Assembly: GCA_903813345.2 (NCBI GenBank) | Contig: CAIIXF020000001.1 | Span: forward strand, 42,532,001 to 42,596,000 | Direction of reading: 5' to 3' | Length of the DNA: 64,000 nucleotides | Source of the DNA: Owenia fusiformis | Lineage: Eukaryota | Shown here: positions 23,171 through 38,100 of the stretch, one piece after another | Numbering within the stretch: position 1 is the stretch's first letter | Layout of the letters: each line of letters begins with the position of its first letter | The notes under the pieces: model-generated | Database searches by the model: none | What the model saw: only the letters and a program-made list of their open reading frames with translations | Told to the model about the DNA's origin: nothing | Position numbers and translations under genes: made by a program

Positions 23171-26100
23171 TAGGATATAGTCCTGAGTAAGGACACTAGC
23201 GGTTACCGTTAGTGATTTGGTTTTCTGTATAAAAAGTCATTTTTCTCCTTTCCTACCCCATTGGAGCGCCATTTGGCGTTTGGGAAGTGAATTGGGACTA
23301 AATATTTATAAGGTAGGTCCTGATTTATCTGAAAACATGCCAAAGTTCAGTGGGAAATCTCATTTTAAGCTGGCGGCGGAGTGATTTTGACCTTGGTGAT
23401 TTGACCAGAATTCTCTGAGAAATCTGACGATAGAGGGGGTTAGTGTCTTCAAGTTTATTTATCTCAAAAATTCGGTGGACAACCCATGGTAAGATTGTTA
23501 TAGCAGTCTAGGCGAGTCTCTCCCGAACACTGTGGTATGTTGCACTAGGCTTGGATACTAATCGTTAATAAGATACAGGGTAAAATGTTATAACGGCCAC
23601 CTATGGGAAACTCTACTGTGGTCTTCAACCTATTAGAAGGCGCATTTTTGGGGTATTTTGTAGGTTTTGTCCCCTTTTGAGGTTTTTAAGTTCATTAAGA
23701 GGCCTAATAGCGCATATCATATTAAAGGACTGTATCTTAGCTGAACAATGGTACCAAAATCGTGACATTTTGAAGCAACTTTAGTGTTTTGGGGGCGAGG
23801 CCATTGTGCCAAGTACCCCGAATTCCATTCTTCCGTGCCATTTAATTGTCTTCTGGGCAGTTTTGAATGAACCTTTGTTTCTCCCTAACGTTATGACGTC
23901 ATAATATGCAATTGAACGCCTTGACATGGATATCACTCGAAAGATAGTAGAAATCGCTTTCCAATGATACCCCATATGGCCATGTTCCCCTCAGCTGGGT
24001 GTACTCAATCTGTGATGCAAACTGTAAGGTGCACCCCTACCCCAAAGAAATTTCAAGAAATCTCAAAATCAAATTTCCTGAATTTTGCTAAAAGGACCTG
24101 TGTCTATAAGGATTGAATCTTCCCCCGTGCATTTTCTCAAATATAGCATTGTTATATACCATTGTGATCGGGATAATGCCTACAATGCTAATATAACCAT
24201 GTTGAAAGAAAACAAACTAATTCAGTTTACTATTAGAAGGCGCATTTTTGGGGTATTTTGTAGGTTTTGTCCCCTTTTGAGGTTTTTAAGTTCATTAAGA
24301 GGCCTAATAGCGCATATCATATTAAAGGACTGTATCTTAGCTGAACAATGGTACCAAAATCGTGACATTTTGAAGCAACTTTAGTGTTTTGGGGGCGAGG
24401 CCATTGTGCCAAGTACCCCGAATTCCATTCTTCCGTGCCATTTAATTGTCTTCTGGGCAGTTTTGAATGAACCTTTGTTTCTCCCTAACGTTATGACGTC
24501 ATAATATGCAATTGAACGCCTTGACATGGATATCACTCGAAAGATAGTAGAAATCGCTTTCCAATGATACCCCATATGGCCATGTTCCCCTCAGCTGGGT
24601 GTACTCAATCTGTGATGCAAACTGTAAGGTGCACCCCTACCCCAAAGAAATTTCAAGAAATCTCAAAATCAAATTTCCTGAATTTTGCTAAAAGGACCTG
24701 TGTCTATAAGGATTGAATCTTCCCCCGTGCATTTTCTCAAATATAGCATTGTTATATACCATTGTGATCGGGATAATGCCTACAATGCTAATATAACCAT
24801 GTTGAAAGAAAACAAACTAATTCAGTTTACTATTAGGATATAGTCCTGAGTAAGGACACTAGCGGTTACCGTTAGTGATTTGGTTTTCTGTATAAAAAGT
24901 CATTTTTCTCCTTTCCTACCCCATTGGAGCGCCATTTGGCGTTTGGGAAGTGAATTGGGACTAAATATTTATAAGGTAGGTCCTGATTTATCTGAAAACA
25001 TGCCAAAGTTCAGTGGGAAATCTCATTTTAAGCTGGCGGCGGAGTGATTTTGACCTTGGTGATTTGACCAGAATTCTCTGAGAAATCTGACGATAGAGGG
25101 GGTTAGTGTCTTCAAGTTTATTTATCTCAAAAATTCGGTGGACAACCCATGGTAAGATTGTTATAGCAGTCTAGGCGAGTCTCTCCCGAACACTGTGGTA
25201 TGTTGCACTAGGCTTGGATACTAATCGTTAATAAGATACAGGGTAAAATGTTATAACGGCCACCTATGGGAAACTCTACTGTGGTCTTCAACCTATTAGA
25301 AGGCGCATTTTTGGGGTATTTTGTAGGTTTTGTCCCCTTTTGAGGTTTTTAAGTTCATTAAGAGGCCTAATAGCGCATATCATATTAAAGGACTGTATCT
25401 TAGCTGAACAATGGTACCAAAATCGTGACATTTTGAAGCAACTTTAGTGTTTTGGGGGCGAGGCCATTGTGCCAAGTACCCCGAATTCCATTCTTCCGTG
25501 CCATTTAATTGTCTTCTGGGCAGTTTTGAATGAACCTTTGTTTCTCCCTAACGTTATGACGTCATAATATGCAATTGAACGCCTTGACATGGATATCACT
25601 CGAAAGATAGTAGAAATCGCTTTCCAATGATACCCCATATGGCCATGTTCCCCTCAGCTGGGTGTACTCAATCTGTGATGCAAACTGTAAGGTGCACCCC
25701 TACCCCAAAGAAATTTCAAGAAATCTCAAAATCAAATTTCCTGAATTTTGCTAAAAGGACCTGTGTCTATAAGGATTGAATCTTCCCCCGTGCATTTTCT
25801 CAAATATAGCATTGTTATATACCATTGTGATCGGGATAATGCCTACAATGCTAATATAACCATGTTGAAAGAAAACAAACTAATTCAGTTTACTATTAGA
25901 AGGCGCATTTTTGGGGTATTTTGTAGGTTTTGTCCCCTTTTGAGGTTTTTAAGTTCATTAAGAGGCCTAATAGCGCATATCATATTAAAGGACTGTATCT
26001 TAGCTGAACAATGGTACCAAAATCGTGACATTTTGAAGCAACTTTAGTGTTTTGGGGGCGAGGCCATTGTGCCAAGTACCCCGAATTCCATTCTTCCGTG

Positions 26101-29100
26101 CCATTTAATTGTCTTCTGGGCAGTTTTGAATGAACCTTTGTTTCTCCCTAACGTTATGACGTCATAATATGCAATTGAACGCCTTGACATGGATATCACT
26201 CGAAAGATAGTAGAAATCGCTTTCCAATGATACCCCATATGGCCATGTTCCCCTCAGCTGGGTGTACTCAATCTGTGATGCAAACTGTAAGGTGCACCCC
26301 TACCCCAAAGAAATTTCAAGAAATCTCAAAATCAAATTTCCTGAATTTTGCTAAAAGGACCTGTGTCTATAAGCATTGAATCTTCCCCCGTGCATTTTCT
26401 CAAATATAGCATTGTTATATACCATTGTGATCGGGATAATGCCTACAATGCTAATATAACCATGTTGAAAGAAAACAAACTAATTCAGTTTACTATTAGA
26501 AGGCGCATTTTTGGGGTATTTTGTAGGTTTTGTCCCCTTTTGAGGTTTTTAAGTTCATTAAGAGGCCTAATAGCGCATATCATATTAAAGGACTGTATCT
26601 TAGCTGAACAATGGTACCAAAATCGTGACATTTTGAAGCAACTTTAGTGTTTTGGGGGCGAGGCCATTGTGCCAAGTACCCCGAATTCCATTCTTCCGTG
26701 CCATTTAATTGTCTTCTGGGCAGTTTTGAATGAACCTTTGTTTCTCCCTAACGTTATGACGTCATAATATGCAATTGAACGCCTTGACATGGATATCACT
26801 CGAAAGATAGTAGAAATCGCTTTCCAATGATACCCCATATGGCCATGTTCCCCTCAGCTGGGTGTACTCAATCTGTGATGCAAACTGTAAGGTGCACCCC
26901 TACCCCAAAGAAATTTCAAGAAATCTCAAAATCAAATTTCCTGAATTTTGCTAAAAGGACCTGTGTCTATAAGGATTGAATCTTCCCCCGTGCATTTTCT
27001 CAAATATAGCATTGTTATATACCATTGTGATCGGGATAATGCCTACAATGCTAATATAACCATGTTGAAAGAAAACAAACTAATTCAGTTTACTATTAGG
27101 ATATAGTCCTGAGTAAGGACACTAGCGGTTACCGTTAGTGATTTGGTTTTCTGTATAAAAAGTCATTTTTCTCCTTTCCTACCCCATTGGAGCGCCATTT
27201 GGCGTTTGGGAAGTGAATTGGGACTAAATATTTATAAGGTAGGTCCTGATTTATCTGAAAACATGCCAAAGTTCAGTGGGAAATCTCATTTTAAGCTGGC
27301 GGCGGAGTGATTTTGACCTTGGTGATTTGACCAGAATTCTCTGAGAAATCTGACGATAGAGGGGGTTAGTGTCTTCAAGTTTATTTATCTCAAAAATTCG
27401 GTGGACAACCCATGGTAAGATTGTTATAGCAGTCTAGGCGAGTCTCTCCCGAACACTGTGGTATGTTGCACTAGGCTTGGATACTAATCGTTAATAAGAT
27501 ACAGGGTAAAATGTTATAACGGCCACCTATGGGAAACTCTACTGTGGTCTTCAACCTATTAGAAGGCGCATTTTTGGGGTATTTTGTAGGTTTTGTCCCC
27601 TTTTGAGGTTTTTAAGTTCATTAAGAGGCCTAATAGCGCATATCATATTAAAGGACTGTATCTTAGCTGAACAATGGTACCAAAATCGTGACATTTTGAA
27701 GCAACTTTAGTGTTTTGGGGGCGAGGCCATTGTGCCAAGTACCCCGAATTCCATTCTTCCGTGCCATTTAATTGTCTTCTGGGCAGTTTTGAATGAACCT
27801 TTGTTTCTCCCTAACGTTATGACGTCATAATATGCAATTGAACGCCTTGACATGGATATCACTCGAAAGATAGTAGAAATCGCTTTCCAATGATACCCCA
27901 TATGGCCATGTTCCCCTCAGCTGGGTGTACTCAATCTGTGATGCAAACTGTAAGGTGCACCCCTACCCCAAAGAAATTTCAAGAAATCTCAAAATCAAAT
28001 TTCCTGAATTTTGCTAAAAGGACCTGTGTCTATAAGGATTGAATCTTCCCCCGTGCATTTTCTCAAATATAGCATTGTTATATACCATTGTGATCGGGAT
28101 AATGCCTACAATGCTAATATAACCATGTTGAAAGAAAACAAACTAATTCAGTTTACTATTAGAAGGCGCATTTTTGGGGTATTTTGTAGGTTTTGTCCCC
28201 TTTTGAGGTTTTTAAGTTCATTAAGAGGCCTAATAGCGCATATCATATTAAAGGACTGTATCTTAGCTGAACAATGGTACCAAAATCGTGACATTTTGAA
28301 GCAACTTTAGTGTTTTGGGGGCGAGGCCATTGTGCCAAGTACCCCGAATTCCATTCTTCCGTGCCATTTAATTGTCTTCTGGGCAGTTTTGAATGAACCT
28401 TTGTTTCTCCCTAACGTTATGACGTCATAATATGCAATTGAACGCCTTGACATGGATATCACTCGAAAGATAGTAGAAATCGCTTTCCAATGATACCCCA
28501 TATGGCCATGTTCCCCTCAGCTGGGTGTACTCAATCTGTGATGCAAACTGTAAGGTGCACCCCTACCCCAAAGAAATTTCAAGAAATCTCAAAATCAAAT
28601 TTCCTGAATTTTGCTAAAAGGACCTGTGTCTATAAGGATTGAATCTTCCCCCGTGCATTTTCTCAAATATAGCATTGTTATATACCATTGTGATCGGGAT
28701 AATGCCTACAATGCTAATATAACCATGTTGAAAGAAAACAAACTAATTCAGTTTACTATTAGGATATAGTCCTGAGTAAGGACACTAGCGGTTACCGTTA
28801 GTGATTTGGTTTTCTGTATAAAAAGTCATTTTTCTCCTTTCCTACCCCATTGGAGCGCCATTTGGCGTTTGGGAAGTGAATTGGGACTAAATATTTATAA
28901 GGTAGGTCCTGATTTATCTGAAAACATGCCAAAGTTCAGTGGGAAATCTCATTTTAAGCTGGCGGCGGAGTGATTTTGACCTTGGTGATTTGACCAGAAT
29001 TCTCTGAGAAATCTGACGATAGAGGGGGTTAGTGTCTTCAAGTTTATTTATCTCAAAAATTCGGTGGACAACCCATGGTAAGATTGTTATAGCAGTCTAG

Positions 29101-32100
29101 GCGAGTCTCTCCCGAACACTGTGGTATGTTGCACTAGGCTTGGATACTAATCGTTAATAAGATACAGGGTAAAATGTTATAACGGCCACCTATGGGAAAC
29201 TCTACTGTGGTCTTCAACCTATTAGAAGGCGCATTTTTGGGGTATTTTGTAGGTTTTGTCCCCTTTTGAGGTTTTTAAGTTCATTAAGAGGCCTAATAGC
29301 GCATATCATATTAAAGGACTGTATCTTAGCTGAACAATGGTACCAAAATCGTGACATTTTGAAGCAACTTTAGTGTTTTGGGGGCGAGGCCATTGTGCCA
29401 AGTACCCCGAATTCCATTCTTCCGTGCCATTTAATTGTCTTCTGGGCAGTTTTGAATGAACCTTTGTTTCTCCCTAACGTTATGACGTCATAATATGCAA
29501 TTGAACGCCTTGACATGGATATCACTCGAAAGATAGTAGAAATCGCTTTCCAATGATACCCCATATGGCCATGTTCCCCTCAGCTGGGTGTACTCAATCT
29601 GTGATGCAAACTGTAAGGTGCACCCCTACCCCAAAGAAATTTCAAGAAATCTCAAAATCAAATTTCCTGAATTTTGCTAAAAGGACCTGTGTCTATAAGG
29701 ATTGAATCTTCCCCCGTGCATTTTCTCAAATATAGCATTGTTATATACCATTGTGATCGGGATAATGCCTACAATGCTAATATAACCATGTTGAAAGAAA
29801 ACAAACTAATTCAGTTTACTATTAGAAGGCGCATTTTTGGGGTATTTTGTAGGTTTTGTCCCCTTTTGAGGTTTTTAAGTTCATTAAGAGGCCTAATAGC
29901 GCATATCATATTAAAGGACTGTATCTTAGCTGAACAATGGTACCAAAATCGTGACATTTTGAAGCAACTTTAGTGTTTTGGGGGCGAGGCCATTGTGCCA
30001 AGTACCCCGAATTCCATTCTTCCGTGCCATTTAATTGTCTTCTGGGCAGTTTTGAATGAACCTTTGTTTCTCCCTAACGTTATGACGTCATAATATGCAA
30101 TTGAACGCCTTGACATGGATATCACTCGAAAGATAGTAGAAATCGCTTTCCAATGATACCCCATATGGCCATGTTCCCCTCAGCTGGGTGTACTCAATCT
30201 GTGATGCAAACTGTAAGGTGCACCCCTACCCCAAAGAAATTTCAAGAAATCTCAAAATCAAATTTCCTGAATTTTGCTAAAAGGACCTGTGTCTATAAGG
30301 ATTGAATCTTCCCCCGTGCATTTTCTCAAATATAGCATTGTTATATACCATTGTGATCGGGATAATGCCTACAATGCTAATATAACCATGTTGAAAGAAA
30401 ACAAACTAATTCAGTTTACTATTAGAAGGCGCATTTTTGGGGTATTTTGTAGGTTTTGTCCCCTTTTGAGGTTTTTAAGTTCATTAAGAGGCCTAATAGC
30501 GCATATCATATTAAAGGACTGTATCTTAGCTGAACAATGGTACCAAAATCGTGACATTTTGAAGCAACTTTAGTGTTTTGGGGGCGAGGCCATTGTGCCA
30601 AGTACCCCGAATTCCATTCTTCCGTGCCATTTAATTGTCTTCTGGGCAGTTTTGAATGAACCTTTGTTTCTCCCTAACGTTATGACGTCATAATATGCAA
30701 TTGAACGCCTTGACATGGATATCACTCGAAAGATAGTAGAAATCGCTTTCCAATGATACCCCATATGGCCATGTTCCCCTCAGCTGGGTGTACTCAATCT
30801 GTGATGCAAACTGTAAGGTGCACCCCTACCCCAAAGAAATTTCAAGAAATCTCAAAATCAAATTTCCTGAATTTTGCTAAAAGGACCTGTGTCTATAAGG
30901 ATTGAATCTTCCCCCGTGCATTTTCTCAAATATAGCATTGTTATATACCATTGTGATCGGGATAATGCCTACAATGCTAATATAACCATGTTGAAAGAAA
31001 ACAAACTAATTCAGTTTACTATTAGGATATAGTCCTGAGTAAGGACACTAGCGGTTACCGTTAGTGATTTGGTTTTCTGTATAAAAAGTCATTTTTCTCC
31101 TTTCCTACCCCATTGGAGCGCCATTTGGCGTTTGGGAAGTGAATTGGGACTAAATATTTATAAGGTAGGTCCTGATTTATCTGAAAACATGCCAAAGTTC
31201 AGTGGGAAATCTCATTTTAAGCTGGCGGCGGAGTGATTTTGACCTTGGTGATTTGACCAGAATTCTCTGAGAAATCTGACGATAGAGGGGGTTAGTGTCT
31301 TCAAGTTTATTTATCTCAAAAATTCGGTGGACAACCCATGGTAAGATTGTTATAGCAGTCTAGGCGAGTCTCTCCCGAACACTGTGGTATGTTGCACTAG
31401 GCTTGGATACTAATCGTTAATAAGATACAGGGTAAAATGTTATAACGGCCACCTATGGGAAACTCTACTGTGGTCTTCAACCTATTAGAAGGCGCATTTT
31501 TGGGGTATTTTGTAGGTTTTGTCCCCTTTTGAGGTTTTTAAGTTCATTAAGAGGCCTAATAGCGCATATCATATTAAAGGACTGTATCTTAGCTGAACAA
31601 TGGTACCAAAATCGTGACATTTTGAAGCAACTTTAGTGTTTTGGGGGCGAGGCCATTGTGCCAAGTACCCCGAATTCCATTCTTCCGTGCCATTTAATTG
31701 TCTTCTGGGCAGTTTTGAATGAACCTTTGTTTCTCCCTAACGTTATGACGTCATAATATGCAATTGAACGCCTTGACATGGATATCACTCGAAAGATAGT
31801 AGAAATCGCTTTCCAATGATACCCCATATGGCCATGTTCCCCTCAGCTGGGTGTACTCAATCTGTGATGCAAACTGTAAGGTGCACCCCTACCCCAAAGA
31901 AATTTCAAGAAATCTCAAAATCAAATTTCCTGAATTTTGCTAAAAGGACCTGTGTCTATAAGGATTGAATCTTCCCCCGTGCATTTTCTCAAATATAGCA
32001 TTGTTATATACCATTGTGATCGGGATAATGCCTACAATGCTAATATAACCATGTTGAAAGAAAACAAACTAATTCAGTTTACTATTAGGATATAGTCCTG

Positions 32101-35100
32101 AGTAAGGACACTAGCGGTTACCGTTAGTGATTTGGTTTTCTGTATAAAAAGTCATTTTTCTCCTTTCCTACCCCATTGGAGCGCCATTTGGCGTTTGGGA
32201 AGTGAATTGGGACTAAATATTTATAAGGTAGGTCCTGATTTATCTGAAAACATGCCAAAGTTCAGTGGGAAATCTCATTTTAAGCTGGCGGCGGAGTGAT
32301 TTTGACCTTGGTGATTTGACCAGAATTCTCTGAGAAATCTGACGATAGAGGGGGTTAGTGTCTTCAAGTTTATTTATCTCAAAAATTCGGTGGACAACCC
32401 ATGGTAAGATTGTTATAGCAGTCTAGGCGAGTCTCTCCCGAACACTGTGGTATGTTGCACTAGGCTTGGATACTAATCGTTAATAAGATACAGGGTAAAA
32501 TGTTATAACGGCCACCTATGGGAAACTCTACTGTGGTCTTCAACCTATTAGAAGGCGCATTTTTGGGGTATTTTGTAGGTTTTGTCCCCTTTTGAGGTTT
32601 TTAAGTTCATTAAGAGGCCTAATAGCGCATATCATATTAAAGGACTGTATCTTAGCTGAACAATGGTACCAAAATCGTGACATTTTGAAGCAACTTTAGT
32701 GTTTTGGGGGCGAGGCCATTGTGCCAAGTACCCCGAATTCCATTCTTCCGTGCCATTTAATTGTCTTCTGGGCAGTTTTGAATGAACCTTTGTTTCTCCC
32801 TAACGTTATGACGTCATAATATGCAATTGAACGCCTTGACATGGATATCACTCGAAAGATAGTAGAAATCGCTTTCCAATGATACCCCATATGGCCATGT
32901 TCCCCTCAGCTGGGTGTACTCAATCTGTGATGCAAACTGTAAGGTGCACCCCTACCCCAAAGAAATTTCAAGAAATCTCAAAATCAAATTTCCTGAATTT
33001 TGCTAAAAGGACCTGTGTCTATAAGGATTGAATCTTCCCCCGTGCATTTTCTCAAATATAGCATTGTTATATACCATTGTGATCGGGATAATGCCTACAA
33101 TGCTAATATAACCATGTTGAAAGAAAACAAACTAATTCAGTTTACTATTAGAAGGCGCATTTTTGGGGTATTTTGTAGGTTTTGTCCCCTTTTGAGGTTT
33201 TTAAGTTCATTAAGAGGCCTAATAGCGCATATCATATTAAAGGACTGTATCTTAGCTGAACAATGGTACCAAAATCGTGACATTTTGAAGCAACTTTAGT
33301 GTTTTGGGGGCGAGGCCATTGTGCCAAGTACCCCGAATTCCATTCTTCCGTGCCATTTAATTGTCTTCTGGGCAGTTTTGAATGAACCTTTGTTTCTCCC
33401 TAACGTTATGACGTCATAATATGCAATTGAACGCCTTGACATGGATATCACTCGAAAGATAGTAGAAATCGCTTTCCAATGATACCCCATATGGCCATGT
33501 TCCCCTCAGCTGGGTGTACTCAATCTGTGATGCAAACTGTAAGGTGCACCCCTACCCCAAAGAAATTTCAAGAAATCTCAAAATCAAATTTCCTGAATTT
33601 TGCTAAAAGGACCTGTGTCTATAAGGATTGAATCTTCCCCCGTGCATTTTCTCAAATATAGCATTGTTATATACCATTGTGATCGGGATAATGCCTACAA
33701 TGCTAATATAACCATGTTGAAAGAAAACAAACTAATTCAGTTTACTATTAGGATATAGTCCTGAGTAAGGACACTAGCGGTTACCGTTAGTGATTTGGTT
33801 TTCTGTATAAAAAGTCATTTTTCTCCTTTCCTACCCCATTGGAGCGCCATTTGGCGTTTGGGAAGTGAATTGGGACTAAATATTTATAAGGTAGGTCCTG
33901 ATTTATCTGAAAACATGCCAAAGTTCAGTGGGAAATCTCATTTTAAGCTGGCGGCGGAGTGATTTTGACCTTGGTGATTTGACCAGAATTCTCTGAGAAA
34001 TCTGACGATAGAGGGGGTTAGTGTCTTCAAGTTTATTTATCTCAAAAATTCGGTGGACAACCCATGGTAAGATTGTTATAGCAGTCTAGGCGAGTCTCTC
34101 CCGAACACTGTGGTATGTTGCACTAGGCTTGGATACTAATCGTTAATAAGATACAGGGTAAAATGTTATAACGGCCACCTATGGGAAACTCTACTGTGGT
34201 CTTCAACCTATTAGAAGGCGCATTTTTGGGGTATTTTGTAGGTTTTGTCCCCTTTTGAGGTTTTTAAGTTCATTAAGAGGCCTAATAGCGCATATCATAT
34301 TAAAGGACTGTATCTTAGCTGAACAATGGTACCAAAATCGTGACATTTTGAAGCAACTTTAGTGTTTTGGGGGCGAGGCCATTGTGCCAAGTACCCCGAA
34401 TTCCATTCTTCCGTGCCATTTAATTGTCTTCTGGGCAGTTTTGAATGAACCTTTGTTTCTCCCTAACGTTATGACGTCATAATATGCAATTGAACGCCTT
34501 GACATGGATATCACTCGAAAGATAGTAGAAATCGCTTTCCAATGATACCCCATATGGCCATGTTCCCCTCAGCTGGGTGTACTCAATCTGTGATGCAAAC
34601 TGTAAGGTGCACCCCTACCCCAAAGAAATTTCAAGAAATCTCAAAATCAAATTTCCTGAATTTTGCTAAAAGGACCTGTGTCTATAAGGATTGAATCTTC
34701 CCCCGTGCATTTTCTCAAATATAGCATTGTTATATACCATTGTGATCGGGATAATGCCTACAATGCTAATATAACCATGTTGAAAGAAAACAAACTAATT
34801 CAGTTTACTATTAGAAGGCGCATTTTTGGGGTATTTTGTAGGTTTTGTCCCCTTTTGAGGTTTTTAAGTTCATTAAGAGGCCTAATAGCGCATATCATAT
34901 TAAAGGACTGTATCTTAGCTGAACAATGGTACCAAAATCGTGACATTTTGAAGCAACTTTAGTGTTTTGGGGGCGAGGCCATTGTGCCAAGTACCCCGAA
35001 TTCCATTCTTCCGTGCCATTTAATTGTCTTCTGGGCAGTTTTGAATGAACCTTTGTTTCTCCCTAACGTTATGACGTCATAATATGCAATTGAACGCCTT

Positions 35101-38100
35101 GACATGGATATCACTCGAAAGATAGTAGAAATCGCTTTCCAATGATACCCCATATGGCCATGTTCCCCTCAGCTGGGTGTACTCAATCTGTGATGCAAAC
35201 TGTAAGGTGCACCCCTACCCCAAAGAAATTTCAAGAAATCTCAAAATCAAATTTCCTGAATTTTGCTAAAAGGACCTGTGTCTATAAGGATTGAATCTTC
35301 CCCCGTGCATTTTCTCAAATATAGCATTGTTATATACCATTGTGATCGGGATAATGCCTACAATGCTAATATAACCATGTTGAAAGAAAACAAACTAATT
35401 CAGTTTACTATTAGAAGGCGCATTTTTGGGGTATTTTGTAGGTTTTGTCCCCTTTTGAGGTTTTTAAGTTCATTAAGAGGCCTAATAGCGCATATCATAT
35501 TAAAGGACTGTATCTTAGCTGAACAATGGTACCAAAATCGTGACATTTTGAAGCAACTTTAGTGTTTTGGGGGCGAGGCCATTGTGCCAAGTACCCCGAA
35601 TTCCATTCTTCCGTGCCATTTAATTGTCTTCTGGGCAGTTTTGAATGAACCTTTGTTTCTCCCTAACGTTATGACGTCATAATATGCAATTGAACGCCTT
35701 GACATGGATATCACTCGAAAGATAGTAGAAATCGCTTTCCAATGATACCCCATATGGCCATGTTCCCCTCAGCTGGGTGTACTCAATCTGTGATGCAAAC
35801 TGTAAGGTGCACCCCTACCCCAAAGAAATTTCAAGAAATCTCAAAATCAAATTTCCTGAATTTTGCTAAAAGGACCTGTGTCTATAAGGATTGAATCTTC
35901 CCCCGTGCATTTTCTCAAATATAGCATTGTTATATACCATTGTGATCGGGATAATGCCTACAATGCTAATATAACCATGTTGAAAGAAAACAAACTAATT
36001 CAGTTTACTATTAGAAGGCGCATTTTTGGGGTATTTTGTAGGTTTTGTCCCCTTTTGAGGTTTTTAAGTTCATTAAGAGGCCTAATAGCGCATATCATAT
36101 TAAAGGACTGTATCTTAGCTGAACAATGGTACCAAAATCGTGACATTTTGAAGCAACTTTAGTGTTTTGGGGGCGAGGCCATTGTGCCAAGTACCCCGAA
36201 TTCCATTCTTCCGTGCCATTTAATTGTCTTCTGGGCAGTTTTGAATGAACCTTTGTTTCTCCCTAACGTTATGACGTCATAATATGCAATTGAACGCCTT
36301 GACATGGATATCACTCGAAAGATAGTAGAAATCGCTTTCCAATGATACCCCATATGGCCATGTTCCCCTCAGCTGGGTGTACTCAATCTGTGATGCAAAC
36401 TGTAAGGTGCACCCCTACCCCAAAGAAATTTCAAGAAATCTCAAAATCAAATTTCCTGAATTTTGCTAAAAGGACCTGTGTCTATAAGGATTGAATCTTC
36501 CCCCGTGCATTTTCTCAAATATAGCATTGTTATATACCATTGTGATCGGGATAATGCCTACAATGCTAATATAACCATGTTGAAAGAAAACAAACTAATT
36601 CAGTTTACTATTAGAAGGCGCATTTTTGGGGTATTTTGTAGGTTTTGTCCCCTTTTGAGGTTTTTAAGTTCATTAAGAGGCCTAATAGCGCATATCATAT
36701 TAAAGGACTGTATCTTAGCTGAACAATGGTACCAAAATCGTGACATTTTGAAGCAACTTTAGTGTTTTGGGGGCGAGGCCATTGTGCCAAGTACCCCGAA
36801 TTCCATTCTTCCGTGCCATTTAATTGTCTTCTGGGCAGTTTTGAATGAACCTTTGTTTCTCCCTAACGTTATGACGTCATAATATGCAATTGAACGCCTT
36901 GACATGGATATCACTCGAAAGATAGTAGAAATCGCTTTCCAATGATACCCCATATGGCCATGTTCCCCTCAGCTGGGTGTACTCAATCTGTGATGCAAAC
37001 TGTAAGGTGCACCCCTACCCCAAAGAAATTTCAAGAAATCTCAAAATCAAATTTCCTGAATTTTGCTAAAAGGACCTGTGTCTATAAGGATTGAATCTTC
37101 CCCCGTGCATTTTCTCAAATATAGCATTGTTATATACCATTGTGATCGGGATAATGCCTACAATGCTAATATAACCATGTTGAAAGAAAACAAACTAATT
37201 CAGTTTACTATTAGAAGGCGCATTTTTGGGGTATTTTGTAGGTTTTGTCCCCTTTTGAGGTTTTTAAGTTCATTAAGAGGCCTAATAGCGCATATCATAT
37301 TAAAGGACTGTATCTTAGCTGAACAATGGTACCAAAATCGTGACATTTTGAAGCAACTTTAGTGTTTTGGGGGCGAGGCCATTGTGCCAAGTACCCCGAA
37401 TTCCATTCTTCCGTGCCATTTAATTGTCTTCTGGGCAGTTTTGAATGAACCTTTGTTTCTCCCTAACGTTATGACGTCATAATATGCAATTGAACGCCTT
37501 GACATGGATATCACTCGAAAGATAGTAGAAATCGCTTTCCAATGATACCCCATATGGCCATGTTCCCCTCAGCTGGGTGTACTCAATCTGTGATGCAAAC
37601 TGTAAGGTGCACCCCTACCCCAAAGAAATTTCAAGAAATCTCAAAATCAAATTTCCTGAATTTTGCTAAAAGGACCTGTGTCTATAAGGATTGAATCTTC
37701 CCCCGTGCATTTTCTCAAATATAGCATTGTTATATACCATTGTGATCGGGATAATGCCTACAATGCTAATATAACCATGTTGAAAGAAAACAAACTAATT
37801 CAGTTTACTATTAGGATATAGTCCTGAGTAAGGACACTAGCGGTTACCGTTAGTGATTTGGTTTTCTGTATAAAAAGTCATTTTTCTCCTTTCCTACCCC
37901 ATTGGAGCGCCATTTGGCGTTTGGGAAGTGAATTGGGACTAAATATTTATAAGGTAGGTCCTGATTTATCTGAAAACATGCCAAAGTTCAGTGGGAAATC
38001 TCATTTTAAGCTGGCGGCGGAGTGATTTTGACCTTGGTGATTTGACCAGAATTCTCTGAGAAATCTGACGATAGAGGGGGTTAGTGTCTTCAAGTTTATT

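Noticed and set aside
23424..23480. Hammerhead ribozyme / retrozyme (CTGACGA in unit A)
   Set aside because: No stem II followed by GAAA. The CTGATGA hits near 17272, 46191 and 2518 (minus) also lack a proper core. A covariance-model scan would be definitive.
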